From NCBI GenBank assembly GCA_951406725.2, contig OX597837.1, forward strand, positions 10,726,001-10,790,000: 64,000 nucleotides of DNA, read 5' to 3'. Source of the stretch: Octopus vulgaris. Lineage: Eukaryota. The notes beneath the pieces are model-generated. The model was not told the origin of the DNA. It made no database searches and worked only from the letters and a program-made list of their open reading frames with translations. Below are positions 27,964-42,183 of this stretch, in pieces. The translations under genes and the position numbers were made by a program. The number at the start of each line of letters is the position of its first letter. The stretch's first letter is position 1.

Positions 27964-28141
27964 TATGAGTGTGTATGTGTATGTGTATGTGTGTGTATGT
28001 GTGCGCATCGGTGTGTATGTGTGTGAGTGTATGTTTGTGTGTGTGTGTGTGTGCGGTTGTGTGTGCATGGGTGTGTATGTGTGTGAATGTGTATGTGTGA
28101 GTGGCTGTATGTGTGTGTCAACGTTTTCATGGATGTACATT

Positions 28142-28173
<32 letters not shown>

Positions 28174-28199
28174 CACGTAGTTTTTCATTAATATTTTGT

Positions 28200-28590
28200 C
28201 TTTTACATGATTCAGTCATTTGGCCTACGGCCATAATGGCGCAGCGAATTGAAAATTTTTTACTCGAACGAATCGAACTGGGCACATTTCTTTTCTTTTT
28301 GTCAAGCCTCGTACTTATTCTATCGGCTTCTTTTGCCAAACCGCTACGGGGACGTAAACAATGTAACACCGGTTGTCAAGCGGGAATGGAGGACAAACAC
28401 AAACACAAACACATGCACATTTATATACGACGGCTTACTTTTAGTTTCCGTCTACCAAATCGACTCACAAGGCTTTGGTCGACCCGAGGCTATAATAGAA
28501 GACACTTGCCCAAGATGCCACACAGCGGAACTGAACTCGGAACCATGTGGTTGGTAAGCAAGCTTCTTACCACACAACCACGCATACGCC
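28200..28590 (-). mobile_element. SINE family A, diverged
   Basis: Same consensus with more substitutions. Confidence 0.75.
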
Positions 28591-29508
28591 TATATTTTAT
28601 AAGCATGGCTGCGGCCTTCGGGCTAAAACATTTTTAAGGATTTAAGGATTTATTCCCAAGTGCTGACGGCCTGTTTCCTCATGGCATGTGTTGTTCCTTC
28701 ATCTGGTAGTGGGGCCCTGGCCCGGGAGTTCCAGGGTTTTGAGCTTTGTGGAACTACTTCTTAGTAGTAGGAACTACTTCTACCCAATTCTATTCTGACC
28801 AGGCGTTTCAGCAACTGTCAGAGTCTCAGCCATGGGTTAATTTGCATATTAGAACTTTCATACCTATGCTTGTGAATGCTAGATCCGATGGACTCTGAGG
28901 AAGAAAACTTCGTAGCTCAACGGAGAGCCAAGCGGCAGCAGCAACGCATTGTAGAGGGCAAAAAGAAGGATGAGGTCAGTAAGACGAGGTCTTGCGAGTG
29001 GATTGAAGGCTACGAACGAGAGACTGAGGTTGGTGGTACGAAAAGCTTCTCTACGTTAAAAGAAGGTCACTGCGCAAGTCTTCCGTTATCTGTAAGGATG
29101 GTCCTTGTCGCTTCGACGGACAAGCATGCATTTATGGGGATCATTGTGGTCTTGCCAGTAAGGAACCAGTTGGCTTCTTGGCCAAGTTGGGGTTCAAAAG
29201 GGGACAGTATCTTGCTGTATAGAGTGACAAATGACAGCAACGAAACACTTTGAATGTTGTTCGATTATAAGACCGTTTTCAATTTCCGAAGCTGTTTGAA
29301 GAAACTTTTCAAATCAATGTATATACTTTTGTGCACCAGGCCAATAAGGCAGGATTCGGTGCTCTAACAAGGCATCCATGTTTAGTTGGATATAGAGATT
29401 GCTTTTGAGTATTAATAGTGCTTCCTTGGCTTATAATTAATTTTTAATAAGCCTGCTAGCTGTTTGCGACATCAGCGCCTTAACAGATGCTGAAATTCTA
29501 TATATTGT

Positions 29509-29740
29509 TATTTCTTTACTGCCCACAAGGGGCTACACGCAGAGGGGACAAACAAGGACAGACTAACGGATTAAGTTGATTATATCGACCCCCGTGCGTA
29601 ACTGGTATTTATTTAATCGACCTCGAAAGGATGAAAGGCAAAGTCGACCTTGGCGGAATTTGAACTCAGAACGTAACGGCAGACAAAATACCGCTAAGCA
29701 CTTCGCCCGGCGTGCTAACGATTCTGCCAGCTCGCCGCCT
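29509..29740 (-). mobile_element. SINE family B with ~18-bp TSD
   Basis: Flanked by tgaaattctatatattgt (29491) and tgaaatttcatatattgt (29741). Confidence 0.85.
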
Positions 29741-30092
29741 TGAAATTTCATATATTGTGTCACTGAGATTTGACTGGCGTGCAGTCACCGGATGCCTTTC
29801 ACTGATGACTACCAATGGAACGAAATCACGGGATATGGGAATTCCGGTGTCCGCGACAGATGAATTTTGTGTACTACGAACTATGCGTATGCCTTTATGC
29901 ACCAAGTACCTACGTGAGAGGATTTTTCAAGGCTAATAACGTAGTCTTCGGTGTTCTAACAAGGCATCCATGTCAAGTTGGATTTAAAGATTACCTCTTC
30001 GTATTAAAACTGCTTCCGTTGCTTATAATTAAGTTTTGATAAACCTACGAGCCATATGCGTCATCAATATCAAAAAATATGATGGTATTCTA

Positions 30093-30909
30093 CGAGGGTG
30101 GGCTGAAAAGTTCATCAGCTGACTAAGAAGGATTTGTCATACAGTAATTAAACATGGCATGCTTTAAATTCAGCCTTTACTGATGCTAACGGCCTTTTTT
30201 CTTTCCAGATAAATCCACATTGGATACAAAATTGAGGACTTGGAAAAGTGGTGGTAGAGACATTTCATGAAAGTGGATAAAATTTGGTACCGTGGTGTTA
30301 TCAAATATCTGCAGAAAAAGGGGTTAGCCTCCAAGGACATTCCTGCTGACATGGTTACTACATAAGGGGATGATACTCCAACTTAATCAACTGTGCAAAA
30401 TTGGGGAGATGTATTCAAGAGAGGTAGGGAGAGACTTGAAGATGACCCAAGGTTCGGAAGTCCTGCCACGGCCACCACTCAAGAAAACATCGACGTGTTC
30501 ACCACATGGTGATGGATGACAGACGTTTAAATGTTAATCAGATAAATAATGGGGTCCTGTTTCACTAGGACAATGCTTCAGCACATGAGCCTGTGGTTGC
30601 AATGGCTGCTGTGCGCGACTGTGACTTTGAACTGGTTGACCATCCTCCATATTCTCCTGATTTGGCACCATCTATTTTCTGTTCCTCAACATAAAAAACC
30701 CCACTTGGCTGGGAAGCAGTATCGGACCGATGATGAGGTCATATCTGCTGCTGAGGACTTTTTGAGGGTCAGAATGAGGGCTTCTATACTACGGGAATCC
30801 AAGTGCTGCAACATCGATGGAAGAAGCGTATGGACCGCAGGAGAGACTATATCGAAAAATAAAGCACATTGCATCGTGGCCAGCCTATGAACTTTTCAGC
30901 CCTCCTTCG
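30093..30909 (+). mobile_element. Internally deleted mariner transposon
   Basis: TIRs cgagggtgggctgaaaagttcat / atgaacttttcagccctccttcg flanked by TA; transposase remnants YRGVIKYLQKKG, RGRERLEDDPR, DNASAH, HPPYSPDLAP. Confidence 0.93.
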
Positions 30910-31482
30910 TATGTAACGTAGCAGCGACATTTGACTGGCGAGCTGTGACCGGACGCCTTCCACTGATGATTTCCAGCAGGATGAAATCATGGGATACTAG
31001 AATTCCGGCGCCCATAGCAGATGTTTCTCATCTGCTACTATCTATAAGTCCGCTTTTATGCACGATGTGCCTATATGAGATGATCTCGCAAGGCTAACAA
31101 CGCAGTATTCGGTGATCTAACAAGACATACATGTTAAGTTGGATATAAAGATTACCGCGTGGTATTAATACGGCTTTCGCCGCTAATAATTAATACTGCA
31201 ATACTTTTAAGGGGGTGACCCATCTATTTCTCCCATATTGTCTTCTGGGGGGCGGCACGGGTGGACGGGCGGGTATTTATTTGATCCCATTGCAGGTGTT
31301 TGGTGCTAGAGACAGGGATAGCTATGCCAAAGAGTCTTGAGTATCCGTTCCACCATTATTCATCGTCTCCATCCTAGTACGAAATGCCAACACCAAATTG
31401 GTTGGCAAAGATTACTGTTTGTTTAAAGGTCATAGTAAACATCTCCCCCGCTCTCCCGTTCCCTTCTTGCTTTTTCTTTCTT

Positions 31483-31515
<33 letters not shown>

Positions 31516-31546
31516 CTATCTCTATCTCTTCTTCTCTCTCTCTTGT

Positions 31547-31605
<59 letters not shown>

Positions 31606-31622
31606 GTCTATCTGTCTATCTG

Positions 31623-31689
<67 letters not shown>

Positions 31690-31706
31690 GTCTATCTGTC
31701 TATCTG

Positions 31707-31765
<59 letters not shown>

Positions 31766-33876
31766 GTCTATCTATCTATCCGCCCGAGTGAGTTATTGAG
31801 TGCCAGAGGCGGTAATTAATAACAGATGTTTATGTATTGGCAGGACGAATTCCACACGAGCTCATTAGTCCATCTGTCAGGAAAATAGCAACAACAACAA
31901 CAACATAATAATATTAATAATAATAATGTTTCGTCTCAGTGGGGATCTTACCCATCCAACGTGACCAAACCACAGAGCAAGGCTCATTGGCCAAATATCT
32001 CCCTCTCAAGATCTAGTAATGTCAGTACCATTCTAGTACCATTTTCATCATCTACATAGCACTGTCTTTAAAGCTTCTTGGCACATTGAGGTCCATTTCT
32101 TTATTTTCTCAGCATCATTTCAAGAATGAATCGTCTGCCATAAGAATGGTAGGTTATGTTCCATTCTATCAAACCTCTCCTTAACCGTATACTAATTCTT
32201 TATTATTCAACGAGGTGGGATACAAGAATTTGTAGACCACTCTCTCTTCAGAGCTTTCAGCAGGCTTGGCTTCACAGGGTCCAGTAAGCCACCAGAATGG
32301 CTGTGGGGAGAGCAGAAGTTGCCTGAAGGTGGCTGTGGATTAAGAGGTTCGCATCCCTGTATTTGGGGTGACCAGACGGTGTGCAACCGTAATCAGTCAC
32401 TGATTGATTATGGTAAGAAAAAGAGCCAGAGACACTAGAGGGAAGCACTAGGCAGATATGGTGTTCTTACACTTTTACCAAGCAGGAGGAATATATGTCC
32501 AAGGAAGTTGCAGTGAATTTGGATCCTTTGCCGGATCTATTCCATCTCAATCACAGATTTTTTTAATTAATTTTTTTTAACTAAACAGTTTGAAACTTCG
32601 ATTACTGGTAAAATTTCTCACGTAGAACACGGTTTACTCTAAACTATTTTGACCAAATTTTGTATTTTAAAAATTATTTCGTATTAAAGTTGTCGTATTT
32701 GGGTAATTTCAACCAATCAACGACGTGTATTCGGTTAAAGAAAGCTGCTGCTGTTTGCGATAGTAGTCGAAGAGGAACAACTTCCGGGTCATCTCTACTA
32801 AATGTCATCACGAGTCCGCAGCTAGCTTTTTTGTTGTTGACGTGTATGTAATTTCAAAATGCCTTCTTTTACAACTATGAAATGTATCGTTATTGTCATG
32901 ATTTTATCTTGCTATAATCAACAACAAACACATTTGGTCAATATAAAAGTATTTATTAGATAAAAAAAATAACATTATCAAAACATGAAGGTAGAACAAA
33001 ACAAATAGCGGCTTATACACGGGAAAATACGGTAATTGTAGAGGTAGTGACAAGTTCGCTTGATGGTTGTTAGTTGATAATGTAGAAGAGAGGGAAAGAG
33101 TAAGGAATGCACGGTGCTGACTAGAAAGGAAGAAAGGATAAAGGTGGCTTCGTCATGGCACAACATACGATTAGAACAGAATGGGAAAATATGTCACAAA
33201 CATATTTTTATTTTAATATGGCAATGTCGGAATTTGATGTACAAAAGATAAAAAAAGAAAGAAAATGAGTTTGGATTGAATAATTCACACATTGACTTTG
33301 TTTCCTCATAAGTTTTGATATTGTGCGGGAGCCATTAATTTTTTCTCTCTATTTTTTACTCATTATATTAATCGTATATTTAACGAAAAACTATCCGTTT
33401 TTGAGAGAAAGTTATGAGGAAACAAAGTCGCAGGATTGCATAGAAGAAACATTCACATCATAATCCACACAAAACGGGTGAAAATTTTACTAAAATGGGT
33501 TTTAGTTTTACAAGACTAAAGACAATAGTTTAGGGGAAGTAACTCGTAACAGATAATACGATGAATAAAAAAGTTCGTAGTCTAAGGGAGGTAACTTCTA
33601 TTTTACTAACGTTTGACTTCAGATCGACCATTGTTGATCGGAGATGCTGATGTCGCTTTGAAGCTATTTTTCTTAGTTTTAGAGTAAAATTTTGAGTATA
33701 AAAGGTCCACAACCATCTTGGAGTGCATCCAGAGAATAAATCATCAATTGTTTGGTATTGAAATACTCACGGACACATTTGATCCACCGGCGTGCTGTCA
33801 TCTAAGACGCACACACGCACGGAATTAGATAAAAATCCAAGGCTGTGGAAGATTTCAGAACATTTATAAAGAGAAG

Positions 33877-34030
33877 GTCTTCCAGCTGTTTCCGGGATAT
33901 TATTTTTATATATATCCTTTCATCGAAGACGGTGTGAGAAAATGGTTAAGCAATAGATATTCTGGAGGCGGTGTGAGAATAACTATTGCTTAACCATTCT
34001 CTCACACCGTCTCTGATGAAGGGATATATA
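33877..34030. repeat. Inverted duplication carrying a hammerhead motif (Penelope-type end structure)
   Basis: Arms ~33909-33963 and ~33976-34030; minus strand gtct-tcgatga-a-aggatat..atatccc-g-gaaacagctggaagac; plus arm has intact CTGATGA at 34013. Confidence 0.65.
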
Positions 34031-34047
34031 TATATATATATATAGTG

Positions 34048-34161
<114 letters not shown>

Positions 34162-34182
34162 TTATCTATCTGTCTTTCTCTC

Positions 34183-34244
<62 letters not shown>

Positions 34245-34886
34245 CTACCTCTCCTTTTATCCCTATATTTTCTGCCGATCAAATTTAATTACAAGTCATT
34301 GCTTTTTTATTTTTATTTTGCTTTTGCATTTTTTTCTTCTTAACTATTTTATTTACATAAAAGGCCCAAACACAATATTTTTAGAAGGAAACAAAGAAAA
34401 AGAAAAAAGGTGGGGATTAACCAGCAGAAAATGGGGTGGGGGGAGAGTACACCCCAGAACAACCGCACCCTGTTCAACCGTGCCCTGCTGATATGACCGC
34501 GATGATGATGCCACAGAGAATGGCCAGCGGCACTCACTACAACAGCCACTCCACCCCTCCTTCGTTGGGCTCATTTCTGATTATTCGACACCGGTTATAT
34601 TAAATGGTACATGTCCAAGATACTGCACAGTGTGACTGGAACCAAAGCCACGCGGTTGCGAAGCACACGTTTATAACCACACGTCCATGCTTGTGTATCG
34701 AGGTGAACAAATCAAAAGGTAAAAAATAACATTTCTTTGAAATGTGTTGGGTGCATTAAGCCCCAAGTAATTAAATTTGAAACAAGACAATCGGGGTAAG
34801 GGAGATAAAAATGTAAAGGAAATAAATCTAGGGTTAATTCCCTTACTTCAAATTGGCCGTGAATTTCTTTGCGTGCTCTTGGTAAC

Positions 34887-34932
<46 letters not shown>

Positions 34933-35125
34933 TTGTGTCTGTGTCTGTGTGTGTCTGTGTCTGTATGTGTGTGTGTGTGTGTGTCTGCGTGTGTGTCTGC
35001 GTGTGTGTGTGTGTGTGTGTGTCTGTGTGTGTGTGTGTGAGTGTGTGTGTGTGTGTCTGTGTGTGTGTCTGTGTCTGTGTCTGTGTCTGTGTCCGTGTGT
35101 GTGTCTGTGTGTGTGTGAGCGTGTA

Positions 35126-35193
<68 letters not shown>

Positions 35194-35611
35194 TGTGTGT
35201 GTGTGTGTGTGTGTTTGTGTGTATGTATGTGTGCGTGTATGTGTGTAACGTATGGTACAATTACAAACGGCGCAAATTTTAACCATTTCTCCACAGCCTG
35301 AAAAAACGATGCACAACCTTAATCGATTTTCGAACCTTATCGGGGACGGCTTCTAAGCTAGCCCCTGTACAACATTGGAAGCCCTAAGGTTTCTGATTGC
35401 TCTAGTGATTCTGAACCCCTTACTCTTCTGATGTTGCCTACATTGGAATCTGTCTTACATTCATCTTGTTCAGGTGTTTCTAATATGCCCTCTCTCTCCT
35501 CATTTTATGCATGGACGCACCATGTTCAGGAGTTTGAGGGTCCCTAAGCGTTTGCATATTCTCAGCACTGGAAACTCTCCTGGCTGCCTACCTTTCTATA
35601 TTCTCCCCTCA

Positions 35612-36030
35612 TAAGGCGGCGAGCTGGCAGAAACGTTAGCACGCCGGACGAAATGCGTAGCCGTATTTCGTCTGCCGTTACGTTCTGAGTTCAAATTCCG
35701 CCGAGGTCGACTTTGCCTTTCATCCTTTCTTGGTCGATAAATAAAGTACCAGTTTCGCAGTGGGGTCGATGTAATCGACTTCATCCGTTTGTCTGTCCTT
35801 GTTTGTCCCCTCTGTGTGTAGCCCCTTGTGGGTATTAAAGAAATAGGTATTTCGTCTGCCGTTATGTTCTGAGTTCAAATTCCGCCGAGGTCGACATTGC
35901 CTTTCATCCTTTCGGGGTCGATAAATAAAGTACCAGTTTCGCACTGGGGTCGATATAATCGACTTCATCCGTTTCTCTGTCCTTGTTTGTCCCCTCTGTG
36001 TGTAGCCCCTTGTGGGTAGTAAAGAAATAT
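35612..36030 (+). mobile_element. SINE family B (Nin/Deu-like central domain) with tandem partial duplication
   Basis: aaggcggcgagctggcagaa...gagttcaaattcc...gcctttcatcctttcggggtcgataaa; further copies at ~345-475, 7620-7748, 8950-9340, 41228-41372 and 60508-60717. Confidence 0.8.
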
Positions 36031-36192
36031 ATATTCTCCCCTCATCCTATCACTCCTCTACCAGCGCTTAGTGTGGGCCAATGTATAAACTTCTGTCGCC
36101 CACTCTTTCCCTCTTATACTCTCTTTCTCTCTCTCTCTCTACTCTCTCTCTCTCTCTCTCTACTCTCTCTCTCTCTCTCTCTTCTTTATTTA

Positions 36193-36577
36193 CAACTAGC
36201 AGTATCGCCCGGCGTTCCTCAGGTTTGTAAGGGAAATAACTATAAAGCATTTTTAGAGAGTTATAGCCAAAAAATAGCAAAAAAATGGAAAAAAATGATG
36301 GTAAATTTTTTTTTTAGTTAAAAAAGGTGGAGTTGCGTCCCCTAGACAGTTTGCGGTTTGTGTTTCTGATTCTCGACCCCATGTCGAATTTATCGATTTT
36401 TTTCAGAACTGGGGGGACTTTTCAAAATTTTCGCTGCGTTAGTTTTGAATTATGACATTGGGCTATGTGTGTGTCAAGTTTCATCAGAATCGGTTGAAAG
36501 CCGTGGTCAGGGTGAGGGTACAAGCAAACAGACACACAGAAAACGCACAGACAAACTGCCGTTTATATAGAGAGAGA
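36193..36577 (-). mobile_element. Non-autonomous Helitron-like element
   Basis: Minus strand starts TCTCTCTCTATATAAA and ends ...acgccgggcgatactgCTAGT (subterminal hairpin plus CTAG); internal aagtttcatcagaatcgg motif. Confidence 0.6.
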
Positions 36578-36726
36578 TTTTGCCTTCTCTCTCTGCTTAA
36601 TTGCACTTCAATTTCTCCATTATTTCGTTCCCACATACACCAACACACACACACATGCACACACACACACACACACAAATACACGCATCACAAATATCTA
36701 TTCGCGTGCGTTTATGTATGTCTAAT

Positions 36727-36804
<78 letters not shown>

Positions 36805-36815
36805 AATATATAATA

Positions 36816-36926
<111 letters not shown>

Positions 36927-37483
36927 GTGTGCGTATATACATAAAATTAAACATACACACACACGCGTACATACACCCACACGCATACACACACACACAC
37001 AAACATACACCCACCCACACACACACACATGAATGTGTACGTATGTGTGTGTGTATAGCTAGTCTCCTCCTTTCCCCCTCTTCCCCACCACCACCAGCAC
37101 CGATATTGCATGATAACAAAGAGAGGAAGCGGGAGGCGGCGGCGGCGATGGTGGCGGCGGTGGTGATATCGTCTGCAAACGAATGGAGGCGTGTGAATTG
37201 CTTGAAGCAGGCGACACACAGATGCAAGAAGCAGCAGACACGAGCTTCTTTTGGTAAAAAGCGATGCTCGGCTCTGACGGCATTCCTCGAGTAAAGAGAA
37301 GCGGACGAAGCAGAAGAACGGTGCCAACATCCGGCAGCAGAATTTACTCTGCTTCTCTGTTTTTTTTTTTTTGTTTCTTTTTAATTCTTTGGTTTTTCTA
37401 AGTTACGAAACTAACGAAACTAGTTACGCGTTGGTTTAGAGGAAGAAGAAATCGTTCAATCAGCCATTGCGTTGTGATATACG

Positions 37484-37599
<116 letters not shown>

Positions 37600-37623
37600 A
37601 TATATATATACAATATATATGTA

Positions 37624-37711
<88 letters not shown>

Positions 37712-37779
37712 GGTTGATTCGGGGTTAACCACAGTATAATATATATATATATATATATATAGTACTGTTTCATTCAAGA

Positions 37780-37841
<62 letters not shown>

Positions 37842-37913
37842 ATTGGGTTCAGCAAAAAAATTTTCTTTACCACACACCATGCATATACGCATATATATAT
37901 GTATGTATCTATG

Positions 37914-37992
<79 letters not shown>

Positions 37993-38037
37993 GTGTGTAT
38001 ATATATGCGCATATATATATATACTCATGTATATGTG

Positions 38038-38085
<48 letters not shown>

Positions 38086-38634
38086 TTATTTGAGGGAATA
38101 AAATCCAAACTTATATATATATATATATGTATTAAAAACAAATGATAGAGACGGAATATGGAATATACGAGAAACTTCATTGCTCACTTATAACTATCTA
38201 TGCATATGTGTGTGTGTGTGTACAGAGAGAGAGGTGGGGGAGGGTAAAGTTGTTTATGAGTCTGTAAGTGTGTCTTAGAATAAGGTAAACGAAAAAAAAA
38301 AAAAGAAAGCAGGGGAGAATGAGAGAAAGAAAAGGAAAAAATGCAGATAGACAGAGAAATATAGAGAGGGGGGTGTTCAGTATGACGATGGGAGGGGGGG
38401 CATGAAGGGTAGAAGGTAGAGGCGAAACTATCAGGTGCAATATAAAGAGGGAGAGGGTGAAAGAAGGGGAGTGAGAGAGAGAGGGAGAGAAACAGAGAGA
38501 GAGAGAGAGAGAACAGGGGGCTAGAGAAGTCTTTGGTAAATTGATATGGTATGAGGGACATGTGGTAGTAGTGAGAGATAGGAATACCGTTACGGAATAC
38601 AGCCTCTGTGAGTCTATTAATACATACATATATA

Positions 38635-38720
<86 letters not shown>

Positions 38721-39019
38721 ATACAATGAGAGAGGAGGAGGACAAAGGAGTGAGAGAGAGGGGGTGAAAGAGAGGGAGAGGGAGAGGGACAGAGGGAACA
38801 AAGTAAAAAGTTTTTTTCGGTTTGAAGAGAGAGAGAGAGAGAGGTAAGATTTTGAATTCTTCTAAGTTCTGTAGAAATTTGGTGGTGCCATGACGTAGTA
38901 GAAAGTTTAATAATTGCAGGACGGGATCTTTATTCGAACCCCTCACCCGCTAGTTTGTAAGTACTTGAATGTATATAGATATATATAAAATCTTATATAA
39001 ATTGTGTGTGTGTCTGTGA

Positions 39020-39056
<37 letters not shown>

Positions 39057-39343
39057 GTGTGTGTGTATTCGAATATGTTCTTGGGTGATAAATAAGTTGG
39101 ATAATGTTTCTTACGAAAGCGTGTGTTCGGATGATGGATAACAGTATACGATGTATATGTATATGTATTTGTGTGTACCAATGTGTGTATAAGTGCGCGC
39201 GTGTGTGTGTGTGTGAGTGTGTGTGTGTGTATGTGTATTTCATACATGTGTATGTATAAAGAGAGAGAGGATATATATATATCTGTATATGCATATATGT
39301 ATACACGAATTTATTTATCCGATTGATCTCTCTATCTCTCTTT

Positions 39344-39836
<493 letters not shown>

Positions 39837-39984
39837 TATATATATATATATGTATGTATGTATGTATGTATATATTGATAGAAATGGCAAGACAACAAAA
39901 AAATGAAAGAGACCTCGATATTATGTAAATAGAGGAATTTATCTGTAAATTTGAAATGTAAATAATTGTCAGCTATTAGATTTA

Positions 39985-40053
<69 letters not shown>

Positions 40054-40074
40054 GTGCGTGTATGTAAGTATATA

Positions 40075-40108
<34 letters not shown>

Positions 40109-41163
40109 ATGTATGCATGTATGTATATATGCGTGTGTGTGCATGTATGTATACATACATGCACACATACATACATATATTCTGTATACACACGTTTAAA
40201 TATATAATCTATCTATTTATTTATATTTATATACATACATTTATACATAAATTTAAACATACATACATGCATACATACATACATGCATACATACATACAT
40301 ACATACATACATACATACATACATACATACATACATTCAGGCACACGCACACACACACACACACACAGAAGTTGTGGGTATCATAACTTTGTCAATAAGT
40401 TAGGGGAGGCTGAACAGATTGAAATAACATCATAGTTCATGTTTAAAAAGTGTCTTTCACTTTTATTGTTGATGTTGTTGGTGATGATGATGGTGATGGT
40501 GATGCTGATGGTTGTGGTGGTCATCGTGTTGACTAATGATCAGAAGCGCTCCAGCCGTGACCTATCTGAACTTTTTGTTTTGCAAATGACTAAATTGTCC
40601 AAAGTATGCGGCTTTGCTGAAGACGGTAGAATGTGATTCGAGGGCAAATTTGGCTGCTATTTCTAGCGTGTCGAAGCTTTCTCCTTTCAGTTATTATTGT
40701 CGTTGCTGTTGCTGTCGTTGTTGTTGTTGCTGTTGTCTCGGGTCTCGGGTCTGTATCCGATAGCGGGTCCCTAATCTTGTGGGCTCCAGGCTTTTTGGGA
40801 AATATAAAACCACTTCTTCGACAATATTGTTCCCAGGTGAACTCTGACCCGGAATACTAGCACCTGTCAGAGTTCCATCTATGGATTAATTAGTAGCTTA
40901 AAGAAGGCGCGTGGCTTAGTGGATAAGGTATTCGGCTCGAGATCGTTAGGTCGTGAGTTCGATTCCTGATGGCGAGTTGTGTTCTTGAGCAAGACACTTT
41001 ATTACATGTGTCTGTGGAGTGTTCAACCACCTGCACGTTAATTGCACGAGTGAGCTGTTCCATTGATCGGATTAGCTGGGATCCTCGTCGTCGGAACCGA
41101 CGGAGTTCCGGTTAAAAATAAATAAATAAATAAATAACAATAATAATAATAATAATAATAACC

Positions 41164-41222
<59 letters not shown>

Positions 41223-41627
41223 TCTGTTTCTTTACTACCCACAAGAGGCTAAAGATAGAGGGGACAAACAAGGACAGACAAACGGATTAAGTCGATTACA
41301 TCGACCCAAGTGCGTAACTGGTACTTAATTTATCGACCCCGAAAGGATGAAAGGCAAAGTTGACCTCGGCGGAAAATAATAATAATAATAATAATTATTA
41401 TTATTATAAAGCGGAATGGGCTACTCAACCTGAAGAAAATTCTAACTGGGCCCCACCTGCAAGGTCATGTGCTGTTTATCTTGATATGAGATCACCATGT
41501 CGCGCACATATGGTTGTGATGCATGTGCCTGGTGTACCCTTATCAGACAGGTAGTCATGATGGGTATATTGGGCTTCGTATATTTTACCCCAGTGTCACT
41601 TTGATGGCATGAACTGCTCTCTCACTC

Positions 41628-41685
<58 letters not shown>

Positions 41686-41811
41686 TTGGCATGTTAGGGA
41701 ATTGGGTCACGAAGAAGGTCACTTACAGACACCTCAACGGACTCAAGGGAGCAACTTTATCAGACAGAAAATCCGAACAGTGGTGACCCTAAGGTAGATA
41801 TGTCCGTTTCC

Positions 41812-42183
41812 AGTGGTTCTCAACTAGGGTCCATTTAAGATTTTGTTGTTAAAATTTATTATAATAAACCCCCTTCTGTGTAGGGGAGCGATTTATTTAG
41901 CGTTTCCAAAAAATGGTTAAGGGAGTAGACCTGTACAGGAAACCTAGAGGGTGGGGACCCTAAGGTAAATATGTCGGGTTCCAGTGGTCCTCAACCAGGG
42001 CCCATATGATACTTGGGGGTCCTTATAAAATTTGTGCAATAGACTGGTTATACACAAAATATTTAATAATATTTAATAAGAATTTTTAGACATCGAATGG
42101 CCATGAGGGTCCCTCCAACCCCGAGTAAAAAAGGAACGGAAGGAGTTCAGAGGCAAAAAAAAAAAGAAAATGGTTGAGAACCG
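41812..42183. mobile_element. hAT-type MITE remnants (tandem)
   Basis: cagtggttctcaact and cagtggtcctcaacc starts, ggttgagaacc end; related starts at ~14706 and ~58798. Confidence 0.55.

Larger units (their letters stand above)
29330..31200. repeat. Degenerate 342-bp tandem repeat (about 2.3 units) interrupted by a SINE and a mariner
   Basis: Anchor tcggtg.tctaacaag at 29356, 29948 and 31109; after removing the SINE plus TSD (250 bp) and the mariner plus TA (819 bp), both spacings are 342. Confidence 0.8.
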
